Position numbers and translations under genes: made by a program. DNA of 64,000 nt, taken from positions 32,001 to 96,000 of the forward strand of contig JAVVEA010000001.1 in the NCBI GenBank assembly GCA_032250835.1, read 5' to 3'. The first letter of the stretch is position 1, and each line of letters starts with the position of its first letter. Source of the stretch: a bacterium (GTDB lineage: Bacteria; SAR324; XYD2-FULL-50-16). This document shows positions 59,387 to 64,000 of this stretch, one piece after another. The notes under the pieces were generated by a model, which ran no database searches, was not told where the DNA came from, and worked only from the letters and a program-made list of their open reading frames with translations.

Positions 59387-61536
59387 CCGCGCCTCCAGGT
59401 AAACCAACGGCGTAGTATCTTCAGGACTCTTTCGGGTTGGTGGTTCTTTTTCCATTCACCGGCGGCGTACTTGCTGGCTTCGGCCATGGTGGGGTAGAGA
59501 TGGATGCAGCTCAAGATTTTTTTTAACCCTAGTCGGTGTTTCATGGCCAGCACCCACTCATGAATCCATTCACCGGCATGGGCACCGACAATTGTGACCC
59601 CTAAGATGACATCCTTTCCCGGCTCGGTCAGTACTTTAACGAACCCTTCAGTAGCGTGGTCGGTAATGGCGCGGTCTAAATCGGCTAGGTCGTAATGGCT
59701 GACTTCGAAGGCGATTCCTTGGTCCGTTGCTTCGGCTTCGTTGAGGCCGACTCTAGCCACTTCGGGGTCGGTGAAGGTGCACCAGGGCATCACCCGGTTG
59801 TCTACGGCGAATTTCTTGAGCGGTGCGAAGAGTCCGTTGACGGCGGCGTACCAAGCCTGATGTGACGCCGCATGGGTGAATTGGTAGCCGCCCGAAACAT
59901 CGCCAGCGACCAAAATATTGGGAAACCTAGTGCGCTGGTAGGCATCGGGCCGCAGGGCTCCGCGGTCTACCTCGACCCCTAAATCTTGTAAACCCAACCC
60001 CCCTCCCTCGGGCACTCGACCCAAGGCGATCAGACATAGGTCAAAGGGGAATTCAAAGGGGTCCTGCTTTATTGTCCCCAGCGCCCAGGGCTGCCCGTCG
60101 CGTAGCTCAAATTGGGTGACCTCACTGTTGAGGCGGACCTCGACTCCATCCAGGCTCAAGGCTGCTTGGATCAATGCTGAAGCGGCGGGGTCTTCTCGCT
60201 TGAGCAGCCGCCCCCCTCGGTCTATTTGGGTTACTTTTGAACCCAGACTAGCAAAGGCCTGGGCCAGTTCGCAGCCAATCGGTCCACCACCTAACACCAG
60301 TAATCTCTGGGGCAGTTCTTTGAGCTGCCACAGGGTTTCGCTGGTACGGAAGGGAATGGATTTTAGTCCCTTGATTTGTGGCACCCGAGGTTTGGCTCCG
60401 GTGGCGATCACCAAACAGCGGCTGGTCAATACTTGCCCGGCCACTTCAACCCGCCAGGGGTCCAGTACCTTGGCCTGACCGGCATAAACCTCGACGCCCA
60501 AGGCTCGGTAGCGTTCCACCGAATCATGGGGCGCGACGGCGTCAATGCGGCGCTGTACCGACGCCATAACCGATCCAAAATCCACCTTAAATTGCGCGGG
60601 TTCCAGGCCGAGTGCAGCGGCTTGGCGGTTCAAACGCAATAACTTTGCGGTCTGCAGCAGGCTTTTGCTGGGGACGCAGCCTGTGTTGAGGCAATCCCCG
60701 CCCATTTTAGCCTGTTCCACAATGGCCCCCTTGGCCCCAACCACCTGGGCGATATAAGCCGAAACCAACCCGCCGGAACCGGCCCCAATGGCCAATAGGT
60801 CGAAGTCGAAGGATTTGGGTTTATGGTAGGGCTGGTATAGGCGGTGTTGAGCAAACCGCCAAAGACCCCATTTGGCGAACCATGGAAAGGCCCCCAGCAG
60901 GGCGAAGGCAAGGAGTAAACGCGGATCGGTGAAGTCTGAAGCGCTCTGGATTTCCCCTAGTTTAAGCCCCGCATAAACATAAACCGCAGTGCCCGGCAGC
61001 ATGCTTAGTTGACTGACCCAATAAAAGGTTCTTAAAGGAATCTGGGTCAACCCCATCAACAGGTTGATCACAAAAAAAGGAAAGATGGGCACCAGACGCA
61101 GGGTGGCCAGATAAAAAAGTCCGTCCCGTTGGAGGCCTTGGTTTAGCGTTTTTAAGCGCTTTTTAAAGCGCTTTTGGACCCAGTCGCGCAACAACCAACG
61201 AGAAAGCAAAAAGGCCAAACTAGCGCCGAGGGTACTTGCAAAGGAGGCGATCAGCAGCCCCACCTCAAGGCCGAACAAGGCACCCGAAAGTAGGGTCAAC
61301 CAGACCGCGCCAGGCAAACTGACGGCAACGGCGAAGGAGTAAAATAGAAAAAATAAAGTGAGCGTGTAGGCTCGGTGGGCTTGGTAGTAGGCCTCAAACT
61401 GCGCTTGGCGGTCCTGGACCCATTGCAGGTCGATTTGGGACAGCCAACCGCTCTGCCAGAGCCAACCGGCTCCGGCGAGCAGTCCTAAGACCAAAAGAAC
61501 CTTAAGACCCCAACTTGCGGTCCACTTAGGGGCCAT
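59383..61536 (-). CDS. DedA/TVP38 membrane domain fused to a class I pyridine nucleotide-disulfide oxidoreductase
   Basis: LRLVPIFPF VTT motif; GAGSGG, GGDCLNTGCVPSK, GGGPIG, HLYPT. Confidence 0.92.
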   Translation of the reverse strand: MAPKWTASWGLKVLLVLGLLAGAGWLWQSGWLSQIDLQWVQDRQAQFEAYYQAHRAYTLTLFFLFYSFAVAVSLPGAVWLTLLSGALFGLEVGLLIASFASTLGASLAFLLSRWLLRDWVQKRFKKRLKTLNQGLQRDGLFYLATLRLVPIFPFFVINLLMGLTQIPLRTFYWVSQLSMLPGTAVYVYAGLKLGEIQSASDFTDPRLLLAFALLGAFPWFAKWGLWRFAQHRLYQPYHKPKSFDFDLLAIGAGSGGLVSAYIAQVVGAKGAIVEQAKMGGDCLNTGCVPSKSLLQTAKLLRLNRQAAALGLEPAQFKVDFGSVMASVQRRIDAVAPHDSVERYRALGVEVYAGQAKVLDPWRVEVAGQVLTSRCLVIATGAKPRVPQIKGLKSIPFRTSETLWQLKELPQRLLVLGGGPIGCELAQAFASLGSKVTQIDRGGRLLKREDPAASALIQAALSLDGVEVRLNSEVTQFELRDGQPWALGTIKQDPFEFPFDLCLIALGRVPEGGGLGLQDLGVEVDRGALRPDAYQRTRFPNILVAGDVSGGYQFTHAASHQAWYAAVNGLFAPLKKFAVDNRVMPWCTFTDPEVARVGLNEAEATDQGIAFEVSHYDLADLDRAITDHATEGFVKVLTEPGKDVILGVTIVGAHAGEWIHEWVLAMKHRLGLKKILSCIHLYPTMAEASKYAAGEWKKNHQPERVLKILRRWFTWRRG

Positions 61537-62836
61537 TGTAGCCGCCTTCAACGAAGCTCGGCTGTCCGGTTGATTCGAGTACATCGCGCCACATTCGTCC
61601 AGCGTCATGCAAGGTTTTGCGCTTGCTGACTGCTAGAGAAATGGGGATGTTGCAATAGACACCGTGCCAGACACTAACCACCATCCCGGTTTTTCCGACC
61701 ATCGCCGCATGGACCGCGTTTTGCCCTAAGGTAGCGCAGTAAAGCCCGTCAGCCGTGTTGGCGGGGATGCTGCGGATCATGTAGCTAGGGTCGATGTACT
61801 TGAGGTTAATCCCCATGTCCCGGTCCTTAAAGTAGGTCTTCATCTGCTCGCGCAGGTAAATGCCGATGTCCTGCAATAACAAATTGCCCGAGGCGTCCCG
61901 CTTTTCTTCGGCTCCTTCAAAGTACTTTTGCCCCGCGCCTTCGGCGACCACAATCACCGCATGTTGGCGCAACTTGAGCCGTTCTTCTAAATCGGCCAGT
62001 AAGCCGTGAGGGCCTTCTAGATCGAAGTCGACTTCAGGCACCAAAACATAATTTACGTCCCGTTGGCTCAAAGCGGCGGCTGCAGCAATGAAGCCCGAAT
62101 ACCGCCCCATCAGCTTGACCAAGCCGATCCCAAGGGGAAAGGACTTAGCTTCAGCATGGGCGCATTTGATGGCCTCACAGGCAGCGTCTACGGCGGTCTC
62201 AAAGCCAAAGCTTCGCGAAATGAAGCTGATGTCGTTGTCGATCGTTTTGGGCACGGCCACCACACCGATCTTTTTGTCCCGCTTGGCTACCTCTTCTTGG
62301 ATCTTTTGCGCCGCCCGTAGGCTGCCATCGCCGCCGATCACGAAGAGGATATTGACGCCCTGACGGTCTAAGGTGTCTACAATCTGGTCGATGTCCTGCT
62401 GGCCCCGGCTGCTACCTAAGACGGTGCCGCCTAATTCGTGGATGTCGGTGACCGCTTCGGGGGTCAGGTCCAAAAAGGGCAAACCAAATTCGGGGACAAA
62501 GCCCTGAAGCCCAAACTGAGCGCCAAAAATCTTGCGCACCCCGTAGCCGTGCCAAAGCCTTAAGACAATACTACGGATCACGTCGTTTAAGCCCGGACAG
62601 ATCCCGCCGCAGGTGACGATAGCGGCGGTGACTTTCCTGGGGTCAAAGTAGACCTTCGCCGAGGGTAGGGAAGACTCGAAACAGATGGGTTCACAAGTCT
62701 TGCCCGGCTGCCAGTAGGGGTCATATAAGATATGCCGCTCTTGGACTTCTTCTTGGTGGTACTTAAAGGGGCTGGGGATTTTTGGCTCTCCCAGTGTTTG
62801 GACAACCGTTTGCGCGGCGGTCAGGGGCTCTAACAT
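61526..62836 (-). CDS. pfkA: ATP-dependent 6-phosphofructokinase (long, group X)
   Basis: TCGGICPGLN, GGDG, PKTIDND, MGRYSG, KYIDPSY. Confidence 0.92.
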   Translation of the reverse strand: MLEPLTAAQTVVQTLGEPKIPSPFKYHQEEVQERHILYDPYWQPGKTCEPICFESSLPSAKVYFDPRKVTAAIVTCGGICPGLNDVIRSIVLRLWHGYGVRKIFGAQFGLQGFVPEFGLPFLDLTPEAVTDIHELGGTVLGSSRGQQDIDQIVDTLDRQGVNILFVIGGDGSLRAAQKIQEEVAKRDKKIGVVAVPKTIDNDISFISRSFGFETAVDAACEAIKCAHAEAKSFPLGIGLVKLMGRYSGFIAAAAALSQRDVNYVLVPEVDFDLEGPHGLLADLEERLKLRQHAVIVVAEGAGQKYFEGAEEKRDASGNLLLQDIGIYLREQMKTYFKDRDMGINLKYIDPSYMIRSIPANTADGLYCATLGQNAVHAAMVGKTGMVVSVWHGVYCNIPISLAVSKRKTLHDAGRMWRDVLESTGQPSFVEGGYNGP

Positions 62837-63400
62837 TCACGTCTCCTGATGGATGAACACCTTTCGGCGGTAATAACGCAATTCTTCAACGGACTCTAAA
62901 ATATCGTCTAGCGCTTGGTGTTTACCTTGCTTTTTGAAGGGCGGTAATTGAGGGTACCACCTCTTGGCTAGTTCTTTGACGGTACTCACGTCTAGGTTGC
63001 GGTAGTGGAAATAATCGTCCAACAAGGGCATTTGTTTGACTAAAAACCGGCGATCTTGGTGGATCGAATTCCCGCATAGGGGGGTCACCCCTTTGGGGAC
63101 CAAGGTCTTAACCCAATCTAGGGTTTGCTGCTCAGCTTCTTTGAGGGTGATGCTGGAGTCAAGGCAGCGTTGGGTTAGTCCGCTGGCACCGTGGTGCTCA
63201 ACGCACCAAGCATCCATCCCTGCCAGCATCGCCGGATCAGTCGAAATAGCCAAATCAGGCCCCTTGGCGACCAGATTGAGGTCCCAATCGGTGGCCAAAC
63301 TGGCGATTTCGATGATCAAGTCATGCTCAGGGTTCAGGCCCGTCATCTCAAGATCCATCCAGATCAAGATTTGGGGGTGTTCTACATCCTTCGATTTCAT
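62837..63400 (-). CDS. orn: Oligoribonuclease
   Basis: [44 protein letters not shown]. Confidence 0.96.
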   Translation of the reverse strand: MKSKDVEHPQILIWMDLEMTGLNPEHDLIIEIASLATDWDLNLVAKGPDLAISTDPAMLAGMDAWCVEHHGASGLTQRCLDSSITLKEAEQQTLDWVKTLVPKGVTPLCGNSIHQDRRFLVKQMPLLDDYFHYRNLDVSTVKELAKRWYPQLPPFKKQGKHQALDDILESVEELRYYRRKVFIHQET

Positions 63401-63999
63401 TCGATGCCGTTCATTCGTGAAAGCTGGAAGCTTTGGGTGTATCCGTTGACGTGGTTGATTACCTTAAAGGAAATCTCCCCTTGATGGTCGAGACTAAAGA
63501 TCTCTTCAACCTCATAGTTCAAGGGCTCGTCATACCGCATCACCTCCATTGCGGTCAAATCAGTTCCCTGCAACCGGGGGTCGAAGGGAAAATCGATTTG
63601 ACTCCAAACGGTCACCAATCCCGCCGGACGGTCTGCTTCGAATTGGCTACATTCTTGGAACCTAAACCGACCGATATTGTGGCTAGGGCGGTATCGACGC
63701 CGTAGCACCAAGGGGGGTTCGTTTTTGGCCGGAAGGGCTTGGTCTTTTTCAAAGATATTATCAAAAACCAGGGACTCTCCTTTGTCGCCTTCGCGCCAGA
63801 GCCCAAAATAGCGGGTTAAGGATTCTTTGAGGACAAACTGGTCGTTGTCGGCATCGCTTAAGATAGCCAGGCCGATGGCCACCGCTGAGTCGCAGTGGTG
63901 GCTTTTGCGGACCTTGTTCTGGCTGTAAATTTGCTTGAGTTTACGCGCCACCAGCGGGAAGTTAGACATGCCCCCGACCAAATAAATGGCGGTGAATTC
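63397..63999 (-). CDS. Hsp70-family protein, C-terminal part (5' end outside window)
   Basis: Frame open to the window edge; [13 protein letters not shown] and SAVAIGLAI Hsp70 motifs. Confidence 0.75.
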   Translation of the reverse strand, partial: EFTAIYLVGGMSNFPLVARKLKQIYSQNKVRKSHHCDSAVAIGLAILSDADNDQFVLKESLTRYFGLWREGDKGESLVFDNIFEKDQALPAKNEPPLVLRRRYRPSHNIGRFRFQECSQFEADRPAGLVTVWSQIDFPFDPRLQGTDLTAMEVMRYDEPLNYEVEEIFSLDHQGEISFKVINHVNGYTQSFQLSRMNGIE

Positions 64000-64000
64000 C

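Noticed and set aside
59383-61536. Mercuric reductase MerA
   Set aside because: Has the CLNTGC disulfide but lacks the C-terminal Cys-Cys pair and mer neighbours; carries a DedA domain instead.

Overview
Gene-dense bacterial chromosomal window, roughly 50-55% GC by eye. The gene set looks deltaproteobacteria-like, possibly SAR324/Lambdaproteobacteria-like, but that taxonomy is only an inference. I saw no rRNA, tRNA, CRISPR array, prophage or IS element. Most of the window is housekeeping and signalling: argC, a type E succinate dehydrogenase/fumarate reductase, nadD-rsfS-rlmH, hemN, gspF, recA, groESL with a CIRCE operator, purQ, a long GlnD-like protein, hom, rpoZ-ispG, gap, pfkA, orn, several hybrid kinases and PilZ/ComFB-type proteins. 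The standout is a ~9.6 kb minus-strand redox island (17420-27032) encoding 36 c-heme motifs. One operon is SHP-DHC-sensor kinase. A second, translationally coupled operon encodes a small outer-membrane barrel, an octaheme lipoprotein made of four identically spaced diheme repeats, a pentaheme lipoprotein, an FdnI-like cytochrome b, a 16-heme periplasmic cytochrome, a YceI protein and the response regulator. A His-motif membrane protein and a CX4CH-containing tetraheme paralog follow. Both operons carry the same OmpR/PhoB-type repeat box at the same distance from a -10 element. The island looks like an autoregulated trans-envelope electron conduit without an MtrB-size porin. recA also carries a Gram-positive-type GAAC-N4-GTTC palindrome.
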